Source: an uncultured Planctomycetales bacterium (lineage in GTDB: Bacteria > Omnitrophota > Gorgyraeia > Gygaellales > Profunditerraquicolaceae). From it: a stretch of DNA of 64,000 bases. Within the stretch, counting starts at the first letter, position 1, and each line of letters opens with the position of its first letter. The notes under the pieces were generated by a model that did no database searches, had not been told where the DNA came from, and was given only the letters and a program-made list of their open reading frames with translations. The stretch lies in contig CAZIUK010000001.1 in assembly GCA_964542785.1 (NCBI GenBank), forward strand, positions 5,115 to 69,114, in the 5' to 3' direction. A program made the position numbers and the translations under genes. Of the stretch, positions 27,790-37,800 are shown in pieces.

Positions 27790-27801
27790 TTTTTTATTCT
27801 T

Positions 27802-29103
27802 ATGCGTATATTAGTTGTTGGTTCAGGCGGGAGAGAGCATGCGCTTTGTTGGAGGATAGCGCAGTCAAGTTTAGTTGATAAGGTGTTTTGTGCTCCCGGC
27901 AATGGTGGTATTTCTCAGATAGCCGAGTGTGTGGATATAAAATCAGAGGATATAAGTAGCCTGCTTGATTTTGCCAGAAAAGAAAATATAGCTCTTACTG
28001 TGGTTGGTCCGGAACTGCCGCTCTCTTTAGGGATTGTTGATGAGTTTTTAAAATACAACTTAAAAATATTTGGACCCACTAAAAAAGCCGCAAAAATAGA
28101 GTCAAGTAAGATATTTTCTAAGGAACTGATGTTAAAATACAATATACCTACTGCTTCTTTTTGTGTCTTTGATGATCCTCAAGAGGCAAAGGTGTATATA
28201 GACAAGATTAATACTCCCTGCGTTTTAAAGGCAGATGGACTTGCCGCTGGCAAAGGCGTGGTAGTGGCAAAAGATATTGAAGAGGCAAAAAGAGCCGTTA
28301 CTTTATTAATGGAGGATAGGGTTTTAGGGGATTCTGCAAAGAAGATTATTATTGAGGAGTGCCTCTATGGACAAGAGGCGTCCATTATTGTTATTACGGA
28401 TTCCAAAGACACAGTCGCCCTAGCCTCTTCTCAGGACCATAAGAGGGTTTTTGATGAAGATTTAGGTCCGAATACAGGGGGGATGGGTGCTTATTCTCCC
28501 GCTAATATAGTGACACCTGACTTATTCAATGAAATTGTAAGTAGAATAGTTAATCCTACTATATCTGCCTTAAATAAAGAAGGGATCGAGTATCGCGGAG
28601 TTCTATATGCCGGAGTTATGCTTACTGGTTCTGGTCCTAAGGTGTTAGAGTTTAATGCCCGTTTTGGCGATCCTGAGACGCAGGCTATAATTCCAAGGCT
28701 TAAGTCAGACTTAGTAGAGGTGATGTTGGCTGTATGCGAAGGGAAGCTTTCAAGGGTGAAAGATTTAGTTTGGGATAATCAATATTGCGTATGTGTTGTT
28801 TTGGCATCTAAAGGATACCCCGGAAATTATGAAAAAGATAAAGTAATATTTGGATTGGATGATGCTTCTAAAATAAAAGATGCAATAGTTTTTCATTCTG
28901 GGACTAAAGTTAAAAAGATTTATGATGTTGGGCAAAAACAAGAGTTAGAATATTTAACTTCAGGTGGAAGGGTTTTGGGGGTTTGCGGTTTAGATAGCTC
29001 TATAAGAGGTGCTATATCCAAGGCTTATCAGGCTGTAAGCGGAATAGGTTTTGAAGGAGTGCACTATCGTAAGGATATAGGGTTTAAGGCGCTCGGGCTT
29101 TAG
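27802..29103 (+). CDS. purD: Phosphoribosylamine--glycine ligase
   Basis: MRILVVGSGGREHAL...; ATP-grasp fold. Confidence 0.9.
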   Translation: MRILVVGSGGREHALCWRIAQSSLVDKVFCAPGNGGISQIAECVDIKSEDISSLLDFARKENIALTVVGPELPLSLGIVDEFLKYNLKIFGPTKKAAKIESSKIFSKELMLKYNIPTASFCVFDDPQEAKVYIDKINTPCVLKADGLAAGKGVVVAKDIEEAKRAVTLLMEDRVLGDSAKKIIIEECLYGQEASIIVITDSKDTVALASSQDHKRVFDEDLGPNTGGMGAYSPANIVTPDLFNEIVSRIVNPTISALNKEGIEYRGVLYAGVMLTGSGPKVLEFNARFGDPETQAIIPRLKSDLVEVMLAVCEGKLSRVKDLVWDNQYCVCVVLASKGYPGNYEKDKVIFGLDDASKIKDAIVFHSGTKVKKIYDVGQKQELEYLTSGGRVLGVCGLDSSIRGAISKAYQAVSGIGFEGVHYRKDIGFKALGL

Positions 29104-29134
29104 AGAAAAGCCTTTATAGGGGGAGGTTTATAAT

Positions 29135-29617
29135 ATGGATAAGGTAAGCATAGTTATGGGGAGTCAGTCAGATTTACATATAGTTAAGGAGGCAGTTGAT
29201 ATTTTAAAAGAGCTTAAGATACCCTTTGAGGCGAAGGTTTTATCCGCCCACAGGACACCGAAAGAATTAGTAAAATACGTTGAAGGTGCAGGTAAAAGAG
29301 GTGTAAAGGTTTTTATAGCTGCAGCAGGAATGTCTGCGGCTTTACCGGGAGTTATTGCTTCGCATACTCTGCTGCCGGTTATTGGAATACCAGTTGAGAG
29401 TAGCACCCTTAAAGGATTAGATGCGCTTCTTTCTATAGCACAGATGCCTCCCGGAGTTCCTGTAGGATGCATGAGTATTGGCAAGACAGGGGCAAAAAAT
29501 GCTGCTATCTTTGCAGCAGAGTTAATCGCGTTAAGTAATAAGAGTCTTTTAAAAAAGTTGAATAAATATAAGGTTGGTATGCGTAGAAAAATATCTAAAT
29601 TAAAAATTAAGTTATGA
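29135..29617 (+). CDS. purE: N5-carboxyaminoimidazole ribonucleotide mutase
   Basis: ...IVMGSQSDL...SAHRTP.... Confidence 0.9.
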   Translation: MDKVSIVMGSQSDLHIVKEAVDILKELKIPFEAKVLSAHRTPKELVKYVEGAGKRGVKVFIAAAGMSAALPGVIASHTLLPVIGIPVESSTLKGLDALLSIAQMPPGVPVGCMSIGKTGAKNAAIFAAELIALSNKSLLKKLNKYKVGMRRKISKLKIKL

Positions 29618-30675
29618 GTAAAACAAAGATAGTCAGAATTGATCCTAAACAAATTAAAGAGGAATATATGTTTGAAGCCTCTAAAACGATTAGCTTAGGG
29701 GGATTGGCAGTTGTTCCTACCGAGACTGTTTATGGGGTGGCGGCGGATATGACTTCTTCTAAGGCTATAGAGAGGCTCTATGAGATTAAGAAGAGGCCTA
29801 AGGATAAGCCCTTTTCAATACATATAGCCAAGAAGGATAAGGTTGAAGATTTTGCTTTGGATGTGCCGCTTGAAGCTTATAAGCTTATAAATAAGTTTTG
29901 GCCCGGACCTTTAACGCTTATACTAAAGTCAATAAAGGGTTCTACTGTCGGTTTACGCATGCCGGATAGTGATATTGCTTTAAAGATTTTATCTTTAATT
30001 TCTAATCCGGTAGTAATACCCTCTGCTAATATTTCAGATAAACTTCCTCCTGTTGATTTTGAGGAGGCAATAAAGGATTTAGATGGCCTTGTGGATTTTG
30101 CTATTGATGCCGGAAGAGCAAGAATAGGAGTAGAATCTTCCATTGTTGATTTTAGCAAAGATACTCCGGAGTTTTTAAGGATAGGGGCACTTAAAAAAGA
30201 AGAGTTAGAGCAAACCATCTTAAAGAAACACTTGCTCTTTGTCTGTACTGGAAATTCTTGTCGTTCAGTTATGGCTGAGGCTTTATTTAAGAAGATGTTG
30301 CAGGAAAAAAACAGGGATGATGTTGAGGTTTCTTCTGCCGGGACAATAATATTCTCGGGAGTTGCCCCTTCTTTCGGGGCTAAGGAGGTATTAAAAGGTG
30401 AAGGTATAGATGTATCAAACTACCTTTCTCAACGGATAACTAAAGAGTTGATAAGAAGGTCAGATTTAATTTTGGCTATGGAGAGGATGCATGAAGACGC
30501 TGTTTTACGCATAGCTCCGGAGGTTAGTAGCAGGGTATATCTATTAAAAGAGTTTGCCGGGATAAACGATGGGGATTTTGATATCCCCGACCCAATAGGT
30601 AAGCCTTTGGATTTTTATAAAAAGACGCTTTTTTCTATCAAAGAGGCTGTAGAAAGGGTAAGTAAAATAATATGA
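29614..30675 (+). CDS. Fusion protein: L-threonylcarbamoyladenylate synthase (TsaC/YrdC domain) + low-molecular-weight protein (Tyr/Arg) phosphatase domain
   Basis: N-terminal ...LGGLAVVPTETVYGVAAD... (YrdC). C-terminal ...LFVCTGNSCRSVMAEA... (CX5R(S/T) P-loop) and the DPIG-type Asp loop ...DIPDPIGKP.... Confidence 0.75.
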   Translation: MSKTKIVRIDPKQIKEEYMFEASKTISLGGLAVVPTETVYGVAADMTSSKAIERLYEIKKRPKDKPFSIHIAKKDKVEDFALDVPLEAYKLINKFWPGPLTLILKSIKGSTVGLRMPDSDIALKILSLISNPVVIPSANISDKLPPVDFEEAIKDLDGLVDFAIDAGRARIGVESSIVDFSKDTPEFLRIGALKKEELEQTILKKHLLFVCTGNSCRSVMAEALFKKMLQEKNRDDVEVSSAGTIIFSGVAPSFGAKEVLKGEGIDVSNYLSQRITKELIRRSDLILAMERMHEDAVLRIAPEVSSRVYLLKEFAGINDGDFDIPDPIGKPLDFYKKTLFSIKEAVERVSKII

Positions 30676-31127
30676 AAGATATACTTATAGCTTCAGACCA
30701 TGGAGGGTATAAACTTAAAGAGAAGTTAAAGGGTTTTCTTAAAAGCAAAGGGTTTGCTATTAAGGATTTAGGGCCAAATAACGAAGAGAGGTGTGACTAT
30801 CCTAAATTTGCCTCGAGTTTGGCTAAAGAGATATCCAGAGGTAACTATCAAAGGGGGATACTTATATGTAAAACTGGCATAGGCAATTCAATTGTCGCTA
30901 ACAAATTCCCTTTTGTTCGCGCTGCTTTATGTTGCAATTTAAGGTCCGCTAAACTCTCTCGTGAGCATAACGATAGCAATATTTTAGTCTTTGGTTCTCT
31001 TTTTGTGAGTCCGCCGCTTGCTAAAAAAATAGCCTCTCTTTGGTTAAATACAGATTTTGAGGGAGGTAGGCATAAGAAGAGGTTAAATCAGATAAGGGAT
31101 ATTGAAAAAAAAATAAAGGAGAGGTAA
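30672..31127 (+). CDS. rpiB: Ribose-5-phosphate isomerase B (RpiB/LacAB family)
   Basis: ...[12 protein letters not shown]... and ...[13 protein letters not shown].... Confidence 0.85.
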   Translation: MKDILIASDHGGYKLKEKLKGFLKSKGFAIKDLGPNNEERCDYPKFASSLAKEISRGNYQRGILICKTGIGNSIVANKFPFVRAALCCNLRSAKLSREHNDSNILVFGSLFVSPPLAKKIASLWLNTDFEGGRHKKRLNQIRDIEKKIKER

Positions 31128-31129
31128 AA

Positions 31130-32380
31130 GTGAAAGATTTAAAGGTTGTTGACCCGCAAGTATATTCTGCTATTAAAAAAGAGCTTAAAAGGCAGGAGGA
31201 TAATTTAGAGCTTATCGCTTCAGAGAACTTTACCTCTATTGCTGTTCTTAAGGCACAAGGTTCGGTTTTGACGAATAAGTATGCTGAAGGTTACCCCCAG
31301 CGCCGTTGGTATGGAGGATGCGAACATGTGGATGAAGCTGAGAGCCTTGCGATAGAGAGGGTAAAAAAGATATTTAAGGCAGAGCATGCAAATGTCCAGC
31401 CGCACTCAGGTTCTCAGGCAAATATGGCTGTATATTTTTCGCTTCTTTCCCCTGGAGATACTGTATTGGCGATGGATTTAGCAGCCGGCGGGCATTTAAC
31501 TCACGGGCATTCCTTAAACTTCTCCGGGTTATTTTATAAGATAGTTGGTTATGGGGTAAACCCTAAGACTGAAATGCTGGATTATGATATGATTATGGAT
31601 TTAGCCTTAAAGCACAAGCCGAAGATGATTTTAGCAGGGGCGTCTGCTTATCCGAGAATAATTGATTTTAAGGCATTTAGGAAGATAGCTGATAAGGTAG
31701 GCGCTTATCTTTTTGTGGATATGGCGCACATTGCAGGGTTAGTTGCCGCAGGGGTTCATCCTTCGCCGGTTCCTTACGCAGATTTTGTTACCTCAACAAC
31801 GCATAAGACCTTGCGCGGGCCAAGGGGAGGTTTTATATTATGTAAAAAGGAGTTTGCCAAGAAGATAGATTCGCGTATCTTCCCAGGGATACAAGGAGGT
31901 CCGCTTATGCATATTATAGCAGCAAAAGCAGTAGCATTTAAGGAGGCGATGTCCCCGGATTTTGTCTTTTATCAAAAGCGGATTGTTAAAAATGCTAAAG
32001 AGTTAGCAGGGCAATTATCAAAGTTAGGTTTTCGTATAGTCTCTGGTGGAACGGATACGCATTTAATGTTAGTGGACCTTACGGCAAAAAATATTACCGG
32101 TAAAGAAGCCTCAAGCATTTTAGGAGAGGTTAATATCACGGTGAATAAAAACCTTATTCCTTTTGATAAAGAGCCGGCCGGGATAACCAGCGGAATTAGG
32201 GTGGGGACTCCGGCAGTAACTACGCGCGGGTTTAAGGGGCCGCAGATGAAAAAAATCGCTCAATTTATAAATGATGCTATAGAGTGTAAGGATGACAAGG
32301 ATGAGTTAAAAGAAATTAAAAGAGATGTCTTGGCTTTAGCAGGCAGATTTCCGTTGTATAAAAAGGCAATAAGATGGTAA
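31130..32380 (+). CDS. glyA: Serine hydroxymethyltransferase
   Basis: ...SENFTS..., ...[12 protein letters not shown]... (the PLP-lysine motif). Confidence 0.92.
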   Translation: MKDLKVVDPQVYSAIKKELKRQEDNLELIASENFTSIAVLKAQGSVLTNKYAEGYPQRRWYGGCEHVDEAESLAIERVKKIFKAEHANVQPHSGSQANMAVYFSLLSPGDTVLAMDLAAGGHLTHGHSLNFSGLFYKIVGYGVNPKTEMLDYDMIMDLALKHKPKMILAGASAYPRIIDFKAFRKIADKVGAYLFVDMAHIAGLVAAGVHPSPVPYADFVTSTTHKTLRGPRGGFILCKKEFAKKIDSRIFPGIQGGPLMHIIAAKAVAFKEAMSPDFVFYQKRIVKNAKELAGQLSKLGFRIVSGGTDTHLMLVDLTAKNITGKEASSILGEVNITVNKNLIPFDKEPAGITSGIRVGTPAVTTRGFKGPQMKKIAQFINDAIECKDDKDELKEIKRDVLALAGRFPLYKKAIRW

Positions 32381-32838
32381 AGAAGAATAAAAAGGCCTTA
32401 ACTCGCCCAAGTTGGGATGAATATTTTATAGAGATGGCAAGGCTTGTTGCAAAGAGGTCAACTTGCTTAAGGCGCAAGGTAGGGGCGGTTTTGGTTAAGG
32501 ATAAGAGGATACTTGCTACCGGGTATAATGGCGCGCCAAGAGGCCTTAAGCATTGTATAGATATAGGTTGTATGCGCCAGAAGTTAAAGGTACCGTCGGG
32601 AGAGCGGCATGAGTTATGCAGGGCTTTGCACGCAGAGCAGAATGCTTTGATTCAGGCTTCCTTGCACGGCATCAGCCTTAAAGGAAGCTCGCTTTATGCT
32701 ACTAATCAGCCGTGTGTTATCTGTGCAAAGATGTTGATAAACGCCGGGATAGAAGAGATTATTATTGCCGACGGTTATCCGGATAGATTGGCGATGGATT
32801 TTCTTAAGGAAGCAAAGATAAGAGTAAGAAAGATATGA
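32374..32838 (+). CDS. dCMP deaminase (ComEB-like cytidine/deoxycytidylate deaminase)
   Basis: Zn-binding motifs H-A-E and PC..C (...HAEQNAL...PCVICAKML...). Confidence 0.8.
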   Translation: MVKKNKKALTRPSWDEYFIEMARLVAKRSTCLRRKVGAVLVKDKRILATGYNGAPRGLKHCIDIGCMRQKLKVPSGERHELCRALHAEQNALIQASLHGISLKGSSLYATNQPCVICAKMLINAGIEEIIIADGYPDRLAMDFLKEAKIRVRKI

Positions 32839-33302
32839 GATGTCCTTATTGTAGGCATAAAGAGGATAAGGTCGTAGATTCCAGGAGTACGGCAGAGGAA
32901 TCTGCGGTTAGAAGGAGGAGAGAGTGCTTAAAGTGCGGGAAGCGTTTTACTACTTATGAGTATGTAGAAGAAGTATCCTTTATGGTGATTAAAAAGGATG
33001 GCCGTAGGGAGCCCTTTGACCGTAAGAAGATTTTAGCCGGTGTGTTGCGTGCTTGCGAAAAACGGCCTATCAGTATCGAGAAGATGGAGGAGATTGTTCT
33101 TCAGGTTGAGCGGACAATTCAAAAGAGGTCAGACCGCGAGGTATCTTCTAGCCGTATAGGAGAGTTGGTTATGGAGAAGTTAAAAAATCTTGATGATGTT
33201 GCGTATGTGCGCTTTGCTTCGGTCTATCGGCAGTTTAAGGATGTAGGGCAGTTTATGGTAGAGTTAAAAGATATATTAGGCAAAGATAAAAAGAAGAGAT
33301 AG
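32835..33302 (+). CDS. nrdR: Transcriptional repressor NrdR
   Basis: Zinc ribbon MRCPYC...CLKCGKRF plus an ATP-cone. Confidence 0.9.
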   Translation: MRCPYCRHKEDKVVDSRSTAEESAVRRRRECLKCGKRFTTYEYVEEVSFMVIKKDGRREPFDRKKILAGVLRACEKRPISIEKMEEIVLQVERTIQKRSDREVSSSRIGELVMEKLKNLDDVAYVRFASVYRQFKDVGQFMVELKDILGKDKKKR

Positions 33303-33365
33303 TTAACTTAGTTCTACCTTTGGGGGTTATCTTCTTTTTTCTTTAATATTGTTAGTGAGGTTGGT

Positions 33366-33770
33366 ATGGTTGAGATGGAATTAAGCAAAATTGTTATAGA
33401 CGAAAAGAGACACGAACAACTTATAGTCTTAAAAGAAAAAAACGGGCAGAGGTCTTTGCCTATAGTGATTGGGCTGGCAGAGGCTTCGGCGATAAAACTT
33501 AAGCTAAGCGGATTTAATCCGCAGAGACCTTTAACTCATGACCTTTTGCATACGACTATAAAATACCTTGAAGCGAGTATTGAGAAAATAATTATTGATA
33601 AGTTAGAAGAGAATACATTTCATGCAAAAATAGTTTTAAAGACCTCTTTAGGTGTTGAAAGGGCTATAGATGCCCGCCCATCCGATAGTATCGCCTTAGC
33701 AGTTAGGGCTAATGCGCCAATCTTTGTAGAGGATGATATTATAAAGCAAACAGAGACATTAAGCCAATAA
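33366..33770 (+). CDS. Bifunctional nuclease family protein (DUF151/BFN domain)
   Basis: ...LPIVIGLAEASAI...PLTHDLL...; ~134 aa. Confidence 0.7.
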   Translation: MVEMELSKIVIDEKRHEQLIVLKEKNGQRSLPIVIGLAEASAIKLKLSGFNPQRPLTHDLLHTTIKYLEASIEKIIIDKLEENTFHAKIVLKTSLGVERAIDARPSDSIALAVRANAPIFVEDDIIKQTETLSQ

Positions 33771-33826
33771 TAGAAAGACTTTGTTTTTTAACCGCTTCCA
33801 ATTTATTAAAATTACTGCCAATTGAT

Positions 33827-35275
33827 ATGAAGCTAACTCTTAAGTTTTCTTTAGAAGAAAAGAAGCTCCTTAAGGCTATAAATGACTTTTCTATAACTTG
33901 TAAGGTTAAACTTTACTTAGTCGGAGGTTTTTTACGCGACCGTATAATTAAAAGAGTTAAAGAAAATCCGGATTTTGACTTTGCGGTTAAAAAAAATGCG
34001 ATTAGCTTTAGTCGTGCATTGGCAGAGAGGTTAAATTGCGGGTTTGTTGTTTTAGATAAGGAGCACGGGTCAAGTAGGTTGGTAAAAAAATATAAAGGCA
34101 AAACTTATACCTTTGATTTTACGGACTTTCGGGGCAAAGACTTAGAAGAAGATACTAAGAGGCGCGATTTTACTATTAATGCGATAGCGTTAGATTTAGA
34201 GGAGAGTTTAGTTAAAAAAGATTTTAGCGGTTTATTAATAGACTTTCATAGAGGTAGGGAGGATATACGTAAAAAGATAATCCGCGTAGTTGATAATAAC
34301 TCTTTTATAGATGACCCTTTAAGGATATTACGCGCATTTAGTTTATCTGCGCTCTTAGGGTTTAATATTGACAGCAAGACCTTAAAGTCAGCGCGCCTGA
34401 ATCTAAAAAAACTTGCTTTTGTTTCTAAGGAGCGTATTCGCGATGAGCTCTTTAAGATATTTTCTAGCGATAGAACTTACGAATCCCTATGTGCTTTAGA
34501 TAAGGCAAAGATACTTGAGATTATCTTCCCTGAGGTTAAGAGGATGCGCAATATCGGACAAGGGCCGTATCATCACCTTGATGTCTGGCAACACACCTTA
34601 GAGACGGTTAAAGAGATTGAAATCATATTTAAGAACCTGAAAGATAAAGAGATATTAAGGTATTTGGATACTACTATCTCCTCAGAGCGTAAAAGAAAAT
34701 CACTTTTGAAATTTTCTGCTTTCCTGCATGACATTGGCAAGTCTCAGGCTATGAAACGGCAGAAAGGCAAGATTACATTTCATGGACATGAGCGTGTGGG
34801 TTTGAAGATAGCAGAAGGGATAGCTAAGAGATTGAAGCTCTCTAATGATGAAATATTTTTATTGCGTAAGGTTGTCCTATGGCACCTTCGCCCTGGATAT
34901 CTGGCCGATAGCAATAATCCTACGCCAAGGGCAAAGTTTAGATATTTTAGGGATGCAGGGGAAGAGGCGTTAAGTACGCTTTTATTATCTTTAGCTGACC
35001 AACGCTCTACCAAAGGCCCTCTTAGTACTATTAAAGCGCGCAGACAGCATGAGAGGGTGATTGCTATGCTTATAAAGGAATATCTTTATAAAGATAAGGT
35101 TGTTAAGCCAAAACGTCTACTTGACGGATATGAAGTTATGAAAGAGTTTAACCTTAAGCCTTCTGTTTTAATAGGAGAACTTTTATCTTTGTTGGATGAG
35201 TTGCAGGGGATTGGGAAGATTAAGAATAAAAGCCAAGCCTTGCGCGCTTTAGCTAAATATATTAAAAAAAGATGA
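33827..35275 (+). CDS. cca: CCA tRNA nucleotidyltransferase (polymerase-beta head + HD domain)
   Basis: ...LVGGFLRDRI..., HD motif ...FLHDIGK.... Confidence 0.8.
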   Translation: MKLTLKFSLEEKKLLKAINDFSITCKVKLYLVGGFLRDRIIKRVKENPDFDFAVKKNAISFSRALAERLNCGFVVLDKEHGSSRLVKKYKGKTYTFDFTDFRGKDLEEDTKRRDFTINAIALDLEESLVKKDFSGLLIDFHRGREDIRKKIIRVVDNNSFIDDPLRILRAFSLSALLGFNIDSKTLKSARLNLKKLAFVSKERIRDELFKIFSSDRTYESLCALDKAKILEIIFPEVKRMRNIGQGPYHHLDVWQHTLETVKEIEIIFKNLKDKEILRYLDTTISSERKRKSLLKFSAFLHDIGKSQAMKRQKGKITFHGHERVGLKIAEGIAKRLKLSNDEIFLLRKVVLWHLRPGYLADSNNPTPRAKFRYFRDAGEEALSTLLLSLADQRSTKGPLSTIKARRQHERVIAMLIKEYLYKDKVVKPKRLLDGYEVMKEFNLKPSVLIGELLSLLDELQGIGKIKNKSQALRALAKYIKKR

Positions 35276-35535
35276 AAAAAACCATAGTCATAATTGTAGT
35301 TTTAGTCCTTATCACGTTAACTCTTTTAGCCGGATTAGCGTATTTAAATAATCTCTTTTTGCCTAAAAGAGTGCAGGGGCTGATTATAAAATCAATAGAA
35401 GAGGCGACGGGCAAGAAGGTTTCCTTAGCCTCCTTAAAGATAAATATTTTTAAAGGCGTGGTATTAGAGGACCTTATTATATACGATAAGGAGGATACGC
35501 TTATTAGTATAAAAGAAGTCTCATGTATATTTTAG
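35272..35535 (+). CDS. N-terminal TM-anchored fragment of an AsmA-family protein (in frame with the next ORF; an in-frame TAG stop separates them)
   Basis: TM helix plus the AsmA-like N-terminal beta region; 35548 is in the same frame. Confidence 0.5.
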   Translation: MKKTIVIIVVLVLITLTLLAGLAYLNNLFLPKRVQGLIIKSIEEATGKKVSLASLKINIFKGVVLEDLIIYDKEDTLISIKEVSCIF

Positions 35536-35547
35536 CCTTGGGGTATT

Positions 35548-37797
35548 ATGCAAAAAAAAATAATTATTCCTAAGGTTAACTTACGCTCTGCTTTTATTTA
35601 TCTTGAGAGAAGAAGCGATGGGAGTTTTAATTTAGCGGACCTTTTTCTTAAAAAAGAAGGAGCTTTGCTTCAAGATAAAGCTTCTTTGTATCTTAAGGTT
35701 CCGGAAAAAGAGAAAAAAGATAAAAGAGGATTTGTTTTAGAGGTTTATAGGGTTAATATAGCGGATTCATCCTTAAGGTTTAAAGATAGGTCTCTGGCAG
35801 AGTCTTTTAATATAGAGTTAAAGAATGTGGATTTTAGCATCTACTTATTGCTTCCTCGTTCCTTGAAATTTAAGGGCTCTGCTAAGTCTTTTAGTAATCT
35901 TAATCCGGATATCTACTTAAACGGGGAGTTTAACTTTACTCAAAATGAATTGAAATCTAATTTAATACTTAAAAGTATCCCGCCTGCCCATTTTCAAAGT
36001 TACTACCGTTTTTTAGGGTTATCAATAAAGGAGGGGTTGATAGATTTGTCTTCTTCTTTGACGATGAAGGATAACCTATTGGATATAAACTGTAAGATTA
36101 AGGCCAATAAGGTTAACTTAGAGAAGGAGGGGTTGTCGGCTATTTTTAATTCCGACCTTGATATTAATTTGAAATATTCATTATCTTCAAAAGAGTTCTA
36201 TTATAATGGAAAATCTATCTTTACCGATGCGGTTATCTCTGGTTTAGAGCATATAGATAAGGCGAGCATTAAGAAGTGTATGGTTTTCTTTAGTGATAAA
36301 GAGGTGTATTCAGAAGACCTAACAGCCTTTATATTTGATCTACCGGTAAAATTAAAGTTTAACTTAAGTGATTTTACTAACCCCAAGCTTAGGTTTTCCT
36401 TAATATCTAATCTTAAGCTAAGTTATGTTCAAAGATTAGCTCAAGAGAGGTTCGGTTTTGCCCTTCCAGGAGAGGCCAAAGGTGAGGCTCTTTTGTCTCT
36501 AAGCGCTTATTTTGAGAATTTAAAGGATAAGCAGATTGATTTAGTTGGAATGATAGATTTAAAGGACGCTTCTTTTAAGCCAGATAAGATTGATAGTGTT
36601 ATTCAAAGCATAAACGGAAGAATAGAGTTTACACAAAAGAAAGCCTCTGCAAAGGGTATAAGTTTTATTTATCAGGATATGCCTTACAGTTTAGATTTTC
36701 TTGCCGAGGATTTTACATCGCCAAATATATCTTTCAATTTATTTTCGCAAGAATTATCTTTGCAAAGCGGTTTCAAAATAAATAAAACAGAAATATCTGT
36801 TGATAATTTATCTGCTAAGTTTCTTGATTCAAGCCTTAAGGTTAGGGGAAGTTTTGATACGGCAAGTTCTAACCTAAATCTTACAGGTTCTTTTTTACTT
36901 AATCTTGAAGATCTAAGTAAATCATTGAATAAGTTTAAAGAACAATTTAAGCAGATAAGCCCTAAGGGCAAGATAGATTCAGTTTTTAAGATAAATGGGG
37001 ATATAAAAGATATCAAAGGCGCTTTTGTGGATTTTAAGTTTTCAAGCCCAGTATGTAGTTTTTATGGGTTAAAAGCGCAAAACATTTCAGGTCATTACAA
37101 GCAGGCTTATGGCATTGCAGATATTTCGTCTTTAACTTTTGATTTTTATGAAGGCAAGGTTGATATCTTATCTCGTTTAAACTTACAATCGGAAAATTTG
37201 CCTTATTCTCTTAATCTTTCCCTCGAGGGAGTAAAGATTGAGGTTCTTAAAAACGATACTGAGGCAAGAGATAAGGATGTATCCGGTCTTCTTAGCGGAA
37301 ATATTAGGTTAAACGGGTTTTCAGATGATTTATCTAAATTATACGGCACAGGCCTGTTAAACATAACTAAGGGCAAGTTGTGGGAGTTAGACCTTTTTAA
37401 GGGGATGGGCAAGTTGTTATTTGCCAAAGATTTTGCCAATATAGTCTTTTACGAAGGGTCTTCCGATTTTATCGTGCAGGATAAATATATCCTTACTGAT
37501 AACCTTGTCCTTAAAAGTAATATAGCCTCTGTAGCCGGCAAGGTTAAGATTGGCTTTGATAATACTATTGATGCGTCGTTGAATATTGAAATTATTGATG
37601 AGGCAGCCCCTTTAAGCGGGACTTTCAAAGACGTGACTACCGCAGTTATCAGTAAATCCGGTAAATTTGCCGCTATTAATATAACCGGGACATTAAAAGA
37701 GCCCAAGTATAGTTTTAAGCCAGCAGTAGAGAACATTATTAAAGGCATTGCCGATGTCCTAAAGAAAGCTATAAGGGGTAAAGAACTTTCAGAATAG
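35548..37797 (+). CDS. AsmA-family/TamB-like outer-membrane biogenesis protein (main body)
   Basis: Long repetitive beta-rich sequence typical of AsmA/TamB; it continues the domain begun in 35272-35535. Confidence 0.6.
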   Translation: MQKKIIIPKVNLRSAFIYLERRSDGSFNLADLFLKKEGALLQDKASLYLKVPEKEKKDKRGFVLEVYRVNIADSSLRFKDRSLAESFNIELKNVDFSIYLLLPRSLKFKGSAKSFSNLNPDIYLNGEFNFTQNELKSNLILKSIPPAHFQSYYRFLGLSIKEGLIDLSSSLTMKDNLLDINCKIKANKVNLEKEGLSAIFNSDLDINLKYSLSSKEFYYNGKSIFTDAVISGLEHIDKASIKKCMVFFSDKEVYSEDLTAFIFDLPVKLKFNLSDFTNPKLRFSLISNLKLSYVQRLAQERFGFALPGEAKGEALLSLSAYFENLKDKQIDLVGMIDLKDASFKPDKIDSVIQSINGRIEFTQKKASAKGISFIYQDMPYSLDFLAEDFTSPNISFNLFSQELSLQSGFKINKTEISVDNLSAKFLDSSLKVRGSFDTASSNLNLTGSFLLNLEDLSKSLNKFKEQFKQISPKGKIDSVFKINGDIKDIKGAFVDFKFSSPVCSFYGLKAQNISGHYKQAYGIADISSLTFDFYEGKVDILSRLNLQSENLPYSLNLSLEGVKIEVLKNDTEARDKDVSGLLSGNIRLNGFSDDLSKLYGTGLLNITKGKLWELDLFKGMGKLLFAKDFANIVFYEGSSDFIVQDKYILTDNLVLKSNIASVAGKVKIGFDNTIDASLNIEIIDEAAPLSGTFKDVTTAVISKSGKFAAINITGTLKEPKYSFKPAVENIIKGIADVLKKAIRGKELSE

Positions 37798-37800
37798 TTA

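Noticed and set aside
27231-27902. 223-aa ORF on the minus strand overlapping the SPFH gene and the purD start
   Set aside because: It lies antisense to two well-supported genes and has an Ala/Ser-rich low-complexity translation, typical of a mirror-frame artefact of the Ala/Glu-rich coiled-coil region.
29164-29652. 162-aa minus-strand ORF
   Set aside because: It is antisense to purE, which has unmistakable conserved motifs; an overlapping antisense gene is unlikely.
35533-35535. Possibility that TAG is a reassigned sense codon (alternative genetic code)
   Set aside because: TAG terminates several well-conserved genes in the window (purB, purM, purD, nrdR, the SPFH gene) at the expected C-termini, so the standard code applies.
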